A stretch of DNA of 59,041 bases, the filler included, from Sphacelaria rigidula (taxonomy: Eukaryota): assembly GCA_964200075.2 (NCBI GenBank). It is 10 parts of 10 records of this genome, joined end to end, with 100 filler letters (N's around TTAATTAATTAA, not from the genome) between each part and the next. Parts side by side here need not be neighbours in the genome. Positions count along the whole stretch, not along the records: positions 47,316 to 53,128 come from CAXNAA020024256.1; positions 53,229 to 59,041 come from CAXNAA020024257.1; 8 more parts are not named here. One strand, written 5' to 3'. Position numbers and translations under genes: made by a program. How positions within the stretch are numbered: position 1 is the first letter of the stretch; every line of letters begins with the position of its first letter. Below are positions 47,814-59,041 of the stretch, one piece after another. The notes under the pieces were generated by a model. It did no database searches. It was not told the DNA's origin and saw only the letters and a program-made list of their open reading frames with translations.

Positions 47814-48355
47814 GGTTTATTGAGCCTCGGCGTTAGCGTCTAAGGATCGGACTTCGGAAGAAAGAGAGGCGGCAGCAAAAAGGAACGATCTTTGCCGGGA
47901 AACAACGTGAGTTGGGTCAAAGTAAAGACGGCACTGCACCTGTGTGCGTCTGCAACAGTGTCACGAATTGAGGACGGCACTTTCTCCCATGGGCACCTGG
48001 TAACGTACGTGATTTTAAAACAGCGAGGCAATCGTCGGATCCTTTTGAGGGGATAATTATGCTCTACTATCGAAGTTCAGTGCCCGTTGCTAGACCCGTA
48101 ACACCCTGTATATCGATATCCTGTGTGAAAGTGTCCACAAGTGGACGTCAAGCGGCACGTCCCTTAGACGCTGTAGCGGTGGGGGACTATCCCGTGTGCT
48201 ACACATATGCATATGTTATCTTTTTCAGCTACCGACGAGTCAAGCGGCGGTGAGCAAAGTCGACTGTGTGGTGGGTAAACGATACTTGGACACCCTTGAA
48301 CAACACCCTTTATCTTCACTTGTGAAGTTGGAGCACAGCGACGAACGAGATTCAC

Positions 48356-49289
48356 GTGGCCGACAATGAGGGTATTCGAGGGGTACTGAAACTCTGCCCA
48401 AAGTTTGATGGCAGGGACAAAGCGAGCTTCCGGGAATATCAAGATAAACTCCGGGTGGTCCTGTCCATTCACCACAATGCGGCCGCAGAAATCCTGCAGG
48501 AGCGGCAAAGACCCAGATCCACCGTATTCGATGACGACCAAGCACCCTGCAATACGACAACTTCAGTGGCGTGGGATTGTGCAAACAATGATCTGTTTAG
48601 TATTCTGTATTTTTAGCACGAAAAAATTGGCAAACAATACCGTCAGACGTCGTATGGGGAAAACCCAACAGGATGGGGTCGCGGACGGACAAGCAGCGTG
48701 AGCAGCGCTGCACAAAAAATATGACGGTAACAGCAAAGAGGCGCGAAGAGAGTGCCGTGACAAACTTTACACCACAACGATGCAGTCCGGAGATGATCCG
48801 AAAGACTTTCTGTTTGTCATGGACGGCTACCGTGACCGGCAAGATGGAATGGGCAAATGTATACCTGACGAGCGGTTCGAGGACATTATCCTCCGAGCCC
48901 TGCCTGCCGAGTACGAAAGGGTTCGTATTGCTAGCTGCGAGAGGCGTGATTTTAAGTCGGCGGATCTCCGATACATGGTCAGCACCATGTATACCGACTA
49001 TCTCTGTCGCCCAGACGCCATCAATTTGGTCGCAGGCCGCGGGGTCGCCATGCAGACCAGTGGAAGTCGTGATAGCAGAAGCAATCGCACCGTATGTTCC
49101 CGCTGCGGAAAGCGAAGCCACGTTGAAAGAAATTGCCCCGCTCGAAACGCGACCCAAGCACTGACAGGGGGAGACAAGGAAAAGGGGACAGAAGGCAAGT
49201 GGTGGTCCTTCCACATGTCGACAACCCACAGCGACGAAGAGTGCCGTTTCTTGCAACGGCGCAACCAGCAGGCAGCAAACAACCAGTAG
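48356..49289 (+). pseudogene. Copia gag (frameshifted)
   Basis: PKFDG.DK.SFREY; MQSGDDP.DF; zinc knuckle CSRCGKRSHVERNC. Confidence 0.88.
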
Positions 49290-50257
49290 GCAGAAAATCT
49301 CGCGCAGTGGTCGGGTTACCCATCAGTCGCCGGTGCAAGTGAGCAGATCCCGGCCATCTCCTTCAATGCCTTAGAAGTGCCCAGAACACGAAATCCCCGG
49401 GAAACGGACAACCTTTGGCCGTTCGCTCCAACGAACAAGTCGGTTGCTTCATTTGACAGCAGCGGACTCTTCGGCGCCTTCGAAGGGACGGACGGGGCCG
49501 CGGAGACCGGGGGTCTGGAGTTCCGGCGTAGGACTCACAACATATTGCGGGGAATCAAGGAGGCACCTTCCCCAATAGCCCGCGCGTTGGCCGTAATAGC
49601 CGTGGTTCATTGCGTCCGGTTGATCTTTGGGAGCTCATTATACCACCGAGCCACGTCGAACCCCAACGACAATGCTGAAACATTTACCGGTATCACCGAC
49701 GCTGATGATGGTTCGGCTCTCGCGGCGGGACCCGTTCTCGACAAGTGGAAGGAGGGCAGCAACAGCTCTGTCAGCTCTGTCAGTGTCATGGTAGACAGTG
49801 GCGCGTCGGGACATTACTTTGACGATACCCTCATCCCGGGGCTGCGACACAAACTCCACAACTATCAGGAACTGGCGATCTCGCGTAAGATCACCACCGC
49901 AGGGGGGCACCAACTGGCAGGGGGTGGTAAGGGACTGCTCCGCGAACACATCAAAGGCGGCGAAGAGGTCGAAGGCCTTGTCCAGATTTTGTGTTCGGTC
50001 GTGCCTGGCTTGGGACGGAATCTGTTCTCCGTCACAAGCGACACGAAATGAAGGGGTATCTATTTTCGAGATGAACAATCCAAGACCGGGCACAAACAAC
50101 TTCACCGTCCTGCTGCAGGAGCTAGGGAGTGACCTGTACTTCTTTCTAGAAGTAATCAGCGGTAACGACGCGCCTGGACTGGCTATGCAAGCTGCAGACG
50201 CCGCCACGCTGTGGCATCGGTGGATGGGGCACATGAACAGCAATAGTTTGAACCTTC

Positions 50258-50367
50258 CATGGGTGGCCACTGGGGTGCCTGCAACCTCAAATTTGGACGT
50301 TACAGACGTTGCACAAGGTCTGTAACTTCCAAATTTGAGGTTGCAGGCACCCCAGTGGCCACCCATA
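50258..50367. mobile_element. 110-bp palindromic MITE family D, nested in the copia pre-integrase region
   Basis: Same sequence family and length as 32256-32365; flanked by TC/TC. Confidence 0.9.
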
Positions 50368-51397
50368 TCTTGGAACCTTCGAAAGTAATGAAGGGGACTT
50401 CGGTGGATCTGTCCCAGACTGGAATACTCGTGCTGTTGGGAAAAGCCATCAACTAGCCCATCCGAAGACAGCCAACAACAAAGTGCAACGCACCTCCCAA
50501 CTGGTCATGGCCATGAGTGGGACCGGCGGCGTTCGGCTCGAACGATTCAGGGCAGACAAAGGGGGTGAGTTTATTGGGAACGACTTCAGAACGTACTGCT
50601 GGTAGACAGGCATATTGCTGGAGTTTTCGAGCATCAATACACCACAACGAATCGGCCTGTCAGAACACGTAGCAAGGACGCTTGCAGCCATGGTCCGGTG
50701 CATGCTTGCCGATAGCGGTTTTACCGACCTTTCCCTGGGGGGGATCAATGCTCAGGACATCCTATCTTGCAAACAGGGCACCACACTCCGCGCTAAGAAT
50801 GCAATGTCCGCACAAGATGCTGCAGGGGAGAAAACAAGATCGAAGACATTCTCGAGTCATTGAGGCCAAGGCGTTCGTCCACACCAATGGGGGCACTCAG
50901 AAACTATCTCACGAGGCAGTCGGAGGACGATTAGTTAGGTATGGAAATAACAGTAAGTGCTATCGCGTCTATATTTTACCGCCTTCACTATTCAATGACG
51001 ACGAGCCTGGCGACAGTAAGGGTCACAACGACGCCCCCAACGACGCCTTCATACCCGACCTTCGCAATCACACTTCTGTATGAACTTATCCGGCATGTTT
51101 TTGCCGACCATGCGACTGCCAGCGGGAGCGCGAGAAATTCACAAGGGGGCGAGCGTCTGGGGAGAACCAGCGTCCTCACCAGGCGAGATATGCACGACCG
51201 TGCCCCGACCCGTGGAGGGATGCTTCCGCACGATGGTCTTCCGCAGGGAGGTACACTGCCGGAGCATCTCCCGACACACCCACAGGACGGATTTGGCGAA
51301 CACACGGTGACACGGCTCGCAGAACCATCGCTACTCCATTATCATCGACACCCGCTTCATGGTGACGTGTGCACGCATGGCAGCCGGCAACTGCAGG

Positions 51398-51398
51398 C

Positions 51399-51438
<40 letters not shown>

Positions 51439-51502
51439 CCATCACCACCCCACCATCATTAACAACAAAAACTATGACTACTACTACTGCTGCTGCTGCT
51501 AC
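51398..51502 (+). repeat. Compound (CAA)n/(CAC)/(ACT)n/(GCT)n microsatellite inside the copia element
   Basis: Direct reading. Confidence 0.9.
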
Positions 51503-52696
51503 AATGATCGAGTCGGCGTGCTGGGCTGGAAACAAGTCCCCAGTTTCGGTCGCGGCAGTTATTCCGATCTGCAGGATTCAGCGTATTCGCATGATGTCGG
51601 TAGTAGTTGGGGGGTATAACCTGGAGCGGTGGCAGATTGATTCCAAGGTGCTGCAAAGAATCAAACATAAACTAATGGGACGTTTTTTTATGACGGGCAT
51701 GGGAGATGTATCGTTATTGCTGGGAATGGAGGTTGTTCGTGACCGTAATAGCAAGATCGTCAACACTAGCCACGCAAATTACAACAAGTCTCCCCAGGAA
51801 CGATATGGGATGGCGAACTGCAACCCGACGTGCACTCCTGGGGCGGGACAAGAACTGTCACTGGACCAGCCGATGGACAAAATACTAAACGAGGGGGACA
51901 AACAACGCTTCCAGGCCATCACAGGCAGTGCGATGTATCTCTCTCAAGTGACGCGCTACGACATTGGATACGGCGTGAATCCACTGGCGCGGGCGATATC
52001 CAAACCGTCGAAGGCGCATGTGGCAGCTGCAAAACACTTACTTCGATATTTGGCCGGCATTACGGACCATGGCATCACCTACAACCAGGGTGGTTTCCAA
52101 TTTACGGCTTTTTCAGAAGCAAACTGGGGCAACAACCCCGACAGCGGAAAATCAACATCACCATATCTTCTCTTCCGCTCGAATGGCCTCATCAGTTTTA
52201 AGGTAGGACTACAAGGATTGACGGCGCAATCGACCATGGAAGCAGAACTCGTGGCCGCTGCGTTCACCATGAAGGTGGCCATATTTTGCTCGAACATGAT
52301 GCGGGAGATGGGATTGGGCACACGCTTCGACTCCGTCCCCGTCTACATCGACAATACTTCAACTCTCCACGTCGCAGGTAGCCGAACCTACAGCTCGAGA
52401 GTCAAGCACGTAGCTCTACGGTACTTCTTTATTCGGGAATTAGGCAAGGAGGGAAGGATCGACATTCGTTACGTCAAGACTGAAGACCAACTCGCCGACA
52501 TAGGAACCAAGTACCTCGGCAAGCACAGGCACTGCCATCTCGTCAAGTTGATCAACACATTCATAATCTGCTTTCCGTCCTTATTTCGTTCTTGAGTAAC
52601 GGGACGGTTGTTTCGAGCTGGGTGGTTGAAACTAGTATGAATTTGCATTGAGGGGGAGTGTGAGGGAGTAAGACTTGTACTTGCGTTGAGGGGGAG

Positions 52697-53017
52697 TGTT
52701 AGAAAATGAGGCTGGGGCTTGCTCTCGTCAACGCTTCGTATGGTATTGTATTTGTATGGGGGCATTGTGTGGATCGCCAGTACTGCTCACGATAGTTTGG
52801 TCTGATATGGAGCGTAGCAGTAGTCGGGTTGCTCCCACTCTCCTCGGTTGACCGTTCAACACGGTGGGTTTTTTGGGCTGTCTTGCCCGCAAGTGGCACC
52901 TTGAACACTATCTTCTGTCTACATTCCAATGCAGCTTGTCTGCTCGCTTGGCTTCAGTGCCATTGCGCCAACCCTAGCGATCACATTGAAGGGGTTATAG
53001 CGACGCCTTTTCTAACA
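52697..53017 (+). repeat. 3' LTR of the copia element
   Basis: Preceded by PPT GAGGGGGAG (52688-52696); TGTTAGAAAA...TTTTCTAACA. Confidence 0.95.
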
Positions 53018-53128
53018 CATGAGGCAGTGTATTAGCCGTGGTTGTCTCTGGAAGTGGCGATGCCAGCGAATAAAGCAACTCATTGGAGGCTGTCATCCAA
53101 ATGCAAGATAATCAGGTGGCTTCGGGCC

Positions 53129-53228
53129 NNNNNNNNNNNNNNNNNNNNNNNNNNNNNNNNNNNNNNNNNNNNTTAATTAATTAANNNNNNNNNNNNNNNN
53201 NNNNNNNNNNNNNNNNNNNNNNNNNNNN
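53129..53228. other. Artificial contig spacer
   Basis: 44 N + TTAATTAATTAA + 44 N. Confidence 0.99.
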
Positions 53229-53633
53229 GACCACGCATCCCTTTCGAGACGGAGCACCGTTCCTACTCGTAATAGATACACCTCCATATTCCGGCGCTCA
53301 TTACATTTCTTCCATAGCCCATTACGTTTCTTCCATACATTACACAAAAACCTTCTCCATGTCTCATCCCCGTCCTGTTTCGTCATCTCTGGCCAGCATC
53401 TATCTCCTAGTATAGCCATCGTTTTCTCCCTACTGTCTGATGCATAAAACGGTTTCATGCCACCTTCGTTCACGTCCCGCATTTCCCCCTCTAGCACGTC
53501 CCGTTCCTCCTGCACAATTCACATTCTGCCACTATATATACTGTATAAATATGACGTCTGCTCTCCATTCCTTTGCCACAGAGGCAGCTCTGCCTATCTA
53601 CTTCCTCCTCCTTTCGACCGCTGGTGTATCTCC
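53229..53633 (-). mobile_element. LINE 3' tail fragment, same family as 37170-37971
   Basis: RYTS.R.EEE.D.Q.C.CGK..ESR.HI..EC; EERDVLE.EMR...DSREKT.AILGDR.WP. Confidence 0.8.
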
Positions 53634-53635
53634 TA

Positions 53636-54205
53636 CTGGACTGGCTGGCGTCTGCACATAGGTCGCCCGGCGTAGCAACATGTACCAAATTTCGCAACCT
53701 CTGTTGTAACGACAGAACAGTTCGGTTTTCCTAACTACATAAACATGATTGAAAAAACTCTTCAGTGGTCTGAGGGAAAGTGGCGGCTTTGGGTCCTGGG
53801 TCCGTCCACACGTGCGAAGATACTGTAAAACAGCAATACCAAACTTTCCTGCCATGGGGATACCGCAATCAGTACATAACGGAACAGAAACTGACGGTTT
53901 AACGTTCCTTTTAGAAAGCAACGGGCATCAAACGATTTGTAGGTTGGAAACCGCGGAATTTCATAGAGGAGAGCCTATATTTTCCCCCGCGAGTGTCACA
54001 TGCGATTGCAAAACCTCTATCGTCCTTATTTTATACCTGGCGGGAGGACAGGGAAGCTACTGTTCCTCAGACCACTATTAATAGAGTCCTTTCAATCCTG
54101 TTTATCTAGCTGGGAAAACCGGACTGTTTTGTTTTTATAGAGGTTGCGAAATTTGGTACATGTTGCTACGCCGGGCGACCTATGTGCAGACGCCAGCGAG
54201 TCCAG
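53636..54205. mobile_element. MITE with ~68-bp TIRs and TA target duplication
   Basis: TA|CTGGACTGGCTGGCGTCTGCACATAGGTCGCCCGG... / ...GACGCCAGCGAGTCCAG|TA. Confidence 0.85.
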
Positions 54206-54539
54206 TAGAGCGACGAAAGCTAGCTATGATCGGGTTTACCTGCCGTACTGCCGCCAGCGTTGCTTGAAAGCCACAAGACCTGTGCAGTTGGCGGTGGATA
54301 GCGTGGGTGTCAAATGCAACGACAAGGGGTTGATCATAGAGCACCCTTGTTCTTCGTGGGTTCATATCTCGCCCCAGGTGGTGATGCGTGACCTCGTCAT
54401 ATCGGAATCACTTCTTGAAAGCTACTTTACCGAGTTAATCACGCAGTCAGCGCGTGCTCCAGATTGTAGCATGACGCACCCCTCTGCACCACGCTCGCAA
54501 CGGTTAGATCACTATCATATATATATATTTTCACATGGC

Positions 54540-55240
54540 ATGTCAAGAAGGTCCCCGCAAGTGTTTGGTGTCTCATACATCCCCCCCGACTGGCGACTCG
54601 CACGCTCTTCTTGTTGTTGGGCACCCAGAGGGTCGTTCACATACATGTCGGGTAAAATCAACGACGAATAAAAAACCCAAGTTCAAATTGGATATATCTG
54701 TTGTTTTCGCCGCACCACCGCCCTTGCTGGCATGTGTGTGACAGAGAACAGTCGTGGCGGTGACGGGGACATTGCCCTATTTTTCAACGACATTTTTTTC
54801 AGCGCACAGAGGCGCGTCCTGTTCAAAAAGAGAGGCAGAGAGATATCGATCTTTGCACTGGCCACAGGCAAGAAGAGACGGAATCTTTCCGCACCTCGAT
54901 GTTCTGGCACATGAAAAACTGGGTACATGCTGGTAACATCGATGATGCCAGTCTCTCAAGCGATTGGTAGTCGCCGAGCGAGGACGCACAAATGACACGG
55001 GTGAGGAGCTTCCTCTCTGTCGTTGCTTCTCTCTCTGGTGANNNNNNNNNNTCTGGTGATATCGTCATCGACACGCGTGCACACCGCATTCGTTAGGTGC
55101 AACTAGCCACAGCTGCTTAACTGCTGCGGACATTTGGGAGGGAGGATGGCTTCGCTCGGTCGTAAGTGTTTCACATCATCCCTGCAAAGGAGAAATGCCA
55201 CTTCAACCTCATTTTTGGGATGGACCCCATTTTTCAGGAT
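54540..55240 (-). repeat. Dispersed repeat family I, second copy
   Basis: Homologous to ~24190-24850. Confidence 0.75.
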
Positions 55241-57120
55241 CCGCTGTTTCGGCTTGTTCAAACGTACCAACACATTCTCGTGATTGATCGGGTTTAAGCA
55301 ATTCGACTAGGTACTGTCCAGTGAGGACGGAATATATAGTTCGTCTCACGAGATTGACATGTACCAGTCGGACTTCACGAGAAAGCGGGGCTACGTCTGT
55401 ATCGACATAGTGCAGTCGAAAAGCCTCTCCTTTTGCGTACGGTCATCCACGTTGGAATATATACATATACTTCGAAGTATATTATATGGCTATCGTGGGT
55501 TGTGTACAGATACACAGTGTTCAACTGTCAACATTACTGAAACATTTGGTTCAACTGGTAAACCCAGCCCTGATAGGAGAGCTCGCAGAGGCTGCAAAGT
55601 GTTGATTTAACACTTGCTCGTGCAATTGAAGAAGATAGTTTAAACTTGGCGGTTCACTCGACCGAACTCAAATCAAACACAAATAATCTCTACTTTATAG
55701 GAAACTGATGACAAGCTGGTGGGCTCACTTGAGGTGGGTCGCTCTGGAGAGTGATAGCGTAGGGCTATGCCAACCTCTCTACAAAACTATTGGATATTAA
55801 AGAACTGCTTATCCAATCTGTTGATACCTTAGACTCTTCGCACTTAACTCTTCACCATTCTGACAATGTGCTGACTCTCTGTGTACGAGCTATACAGTAC
55901 ATGAGATATTCATTTTTTCTACGATGAACATTCCACCTTTTCAGTTATTGCTACGATATTCGTTCGAACGAGAAACCATAACTGGTTTGTGTCCAGAGGC
56001 TGTGGGACGTGCACTTCGTTGCGCGCTGCAGGCTGTGCAGGTGGATCGATCCAGCAGGCAGCATAGGCTTTATAAATCGTGTCGGAAACAAGTCACACCT
56101 CAAGGATAGCTTCACATGGCAAGCTGATATCCACTTGATCAAACAGACTCTTGTCCACTCGTATTAATTGTCGCTCTATTCAATGCTCTTCCACGTCGCT
56201 CACCGAACTATACGGACTGAGCCGGCCTAGACGCGGATTGAAGCTCTCAAAGCAATATCTCATCGACACAGACGAGTTGGGTCGTGATCTGCATATCGTA
56301 TTAATCGTCTGATCGTGGGGAAAATGTCCATGACGTCAGATATCTGGGCAATTTTTTTCTCGTTGATTAAGTCCCATGTCTAGTAATTCCTATACCGTAC
56401 GGAGATAGCGTCAATACTAAAGTCCATATGAAAACCCGAACGATATGTACAGCGGATGATAACGATTTTTGTTGTGGACATTCCCTGGAGAACGGGGGAA
56501 CGATCAATACATCCACTGTTGCCTAATTCGTTATCTGGTCTCGAGATATGGCGCACATAAGTTTACAAACTAAAATCAATGTACTTTGAGCAGAGGCACT
56601 CAGTGCGTAAAATCTGGATGTCCCCTCTCAGTTTTGAGAGTTGTGCTCTGAAATTTCGTTTGGAGAATCGCCACTGCATATTGAAGAGAAGAATCGTTTC
56701 TTTTTTCTCCATTTATTTTTTATTTTTTTCGTTCTTCAGGGGAGTCCTAAGGAAAGATGGACAGTGCCCTCGGACCTGATCTCAGTTTTTCAGCTTAGTT
56801 TCAACAATTGAGATTTGAAACTTATCATGGAGGATTGTAAAGGCATGCCGAAGAAAAACAAAATGAGCTCTTCACATTGTTTTTGGAGAGGTACGAGCCT
56901 TCTCGTGAAAATATGGCCTTCACTACACTAAAGCGTCTTAACCAAGTGAATACTTCGAAGTATATATATATATATATATATCAACCTTTCCCACTTGTTT
57001 CGGTCGCTTATGGCCTAGCGAGGTCCCACACAAAGGTTCAAGGCACACGTACCAGACCTGGGCCGGTAAATGGCCTTGAAAATGTTGTCCCGAGTTTCGC
57101 CCGGCCCGGTTTCTAAATCG

Positions 57121-57386
57121 CCGTTTCTCACCTCAATTTTGCGAGTCAGACTTCGAAATTTGGTAGGGAGGAAGAGTAGGGCATTCTAAAACGCTGTCGC
57201 GTGGGATACAAAAAATTATAGCATTTCTCATGACTTAAGGGCAATAACCAGTATCTTGATATCAAGAAAACACCGTTACCTCAAGAAAAAAAAAACTTTG
57301 CATCCCGCGCCACAGCGTTTTAGCATGCCCTATTCGTCTGCCCTACCAAATTTCGAGGTCTGAGTCGCAAAATTGAGGTGAGACGG
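57121..57386. mobile_element. Foldback inverted repeat (~90-bp arms), possibly within a larger element (~57000-57542)
   Basis: CCGTTTCTCACCTCAATTTTGCGAGTCAGAC... / ...GTCTGAGTCGCAAAATTGAGGTGAGACGG. Confidence 0.8.
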
Positions 57387-59041
57387 GGTCTGTAAACCAT
57401 AAACTCGCGTCTTGGTCGGCCCATAGAAATGCAACTACCAGATAGATCCTGCGAGTATCACCTGTAGCATGTTCATGATATGAGGAACGGTTTTTCGTTT
57501 CCGGAACAGGTCCGAATGCGATTTGGGGCATATGGCCGCCGATAAATTTCAGGCAGATCACTTGAAGACATTTTTTTTTTGTCATCGTTGAAAGCTTACG
57601 AACAAAGGAGGAAGATATTGTTTTGTTCCCACGGTGATTGGGATTAGCGGCGATGCCAAAACAAGAGAGAAGAAATGGCGGCTTTGTCTCTCATTCTATC
57701 GTATACTAGAGGCATCTGTGTGCTATCATCAGTCAGAATTGGGGCGCGGGGCACAAGCGGCAGGCTGCTACCACAACATACCCTGTACAACTGCAGGTAG
57801 ATGGACCCCAAGTCATCCGTATCCCCCTCCAACATACACCGTGACCTGCAGGGGTCGGGATCTCCAGTTATTATCATGGGGTACGCCTACACCCTAAAAC
57901 TTCGCCAGACTTTCTCCTTCTTAAGAAGGACTTTGATATATCGATGCGATCTTTGCAGGTGACTTTCACAGGAATTTTGAAACTTCATTTTCCCACGGTT
58001 TTACTTACAAACACTCACGGCTTATCGATGTGGGAACGGATAAGGCCACGAAAAATTCCGATTTCAGTTGACTATAAGTCTACTATGGGGGGACAGTTTT
58101 TCCCTCGTGTTCTTTCGGTCACCGGCGAACACAGGTGCTTCACTTTTTTCGTGAATTGTTTACTTTCAAAAGGCCATTAATCGTTTTGTAAAACTGGATT
58201 CGACATAAAATGGTCTGATTGATTTGTCAGCTGGTAGCCATCACTTCGGGAACCTAAGCAGACCTACAGAAAGGTTTTTATAAGTGAATAATTAGAAATC
58301 ACGAATTCCCAAGGTCGGTGAAAACCGTAGAGTATGTTACAACAAAAGTGCATTTTAGAGGACGCTGCATCTGTACAAGACAGTAAGCTATTGTACGTTA
58401 GACGGGCGTGCGGTGTGAGCGTACTGATGTGTCCCTTCATGAGATTGTCTAACAGAAGGATCACAGGAGACGGCTCCTGGCGTGTTCGACGAATCGAAAT
58501 ACCAATATATCGGATATACCCCACCCGACCGAGGTTATTTTACCCGTTGGTAAGGACGAGAATGTTATCGGAAACTGATGATTCTGAGTAACTCCAACCC
58601 TAACTCTAACCCCAGCAAAGGCATACCGAGAACCCTCGGGCAAGGGGGGGCAAAGTATTCCCCAGGTAACATGTTCGGTACAAGACTTTGAATCGGCGCC
58701 ACAGGTGGTGATTTAGACAAAAACGCGTTCTGGGCACCCTAGGAGCACCCTAGGAGCACAGCCCTCATTTTGGATCCGGGTTCCGGTATCTACGCTAAAA
58801 CCAAATCGGACCAACAAACCCCCATTAAGTGACGAAATCTACTGACCCAACCCACCCTTGAACGATCGCATATGAAGCTATTCTCCTGTTCCTTCTTTTT
58901 CTTCAGCGAGTGTCTCAGTTTTGTCTTGTCTTGGGTATGTCTATCATGTGACTACGGCTAGATCCCTAGGGGGGCAGTTAAAGCGCGACGAACAAGACAC
59001 TTTCTACGATAGCCCCTCCCCAAAACCAGCTAAAAGTGTCA

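Larger units (their letters stand above)
49377..52595 (+). pseudogene. Copia pol (protease, partial integrase, partial RT, RNase H), decayed
   Basis: VMVDSGASGH; LWHRWMGH..; AVGKSHQLAHPK; TPQRIGLSE; MGDVSLLLGM; TRYDIGY; FSEANWG; STMEAELVA; IDNTS; QLADIGTK. Confidence 0.92.
47503..53017 (+). mobile_element. Full-length decayed Ty1/copia LTR retrotransposon
   Basis: LTRs TG...CA at 47503-47813 and 52697-53017; TSD CATGA (47498-47502 and 53018-53022); gag-PR-IN-RT-RH order. Confidence 0.96.

Noticed and set aside
50250..50380. GAACCTTC as an 8-bp TSD of the nested palindrome
   Set aside because: The second copy is offset from the element end and fits the native L-N-L-L-x-N-L coding repeat of the copia protein; a 2-bp TC duplication fits better.

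Overview
Eukaryotic, intron-rich, repeat-rich genomic DNA, most likely from a brown alga. That assignment is an inference from the TTAGGG-type repeats, the intron style and the character of the retroelements. The window is NOT contiguous: it is 10 unrelated contigs sorted by size (5815, 5815, 5815, 5815, 5814, 5814, 5814, 5813, 5813, 5813 bp), joined by artificial 100-bp spacers (44 N + TTAATTAATTAA + 44 N). Host genes: a partial secreted GH114-like glycoside hydrolase with an extremely basic N-terminal segment (3 phase-consistent exons); a partial gene with one fimbrin-type CH domain; a complete-looking 123-aa charged protein with a GC-AG intron; a probable RNF10/Mag2-like last exon; and a TPR-like exon. 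Mobile DNA: a full-length decayed Ty1/copia element (LTRs, CATGA TSD, PBS, PPT); the 5' half of a Ty3/gypsy element with a very long Gag; the 3' end of another gypsy element whose integrase ends in chromo-like plus Tudor-like domains; LINE fragments; tRNA-derived SINE heads; and many MITE/foldback families, one carrying telomere-type repeats. No CRISPR array, rRNA or intact tRNA was found.
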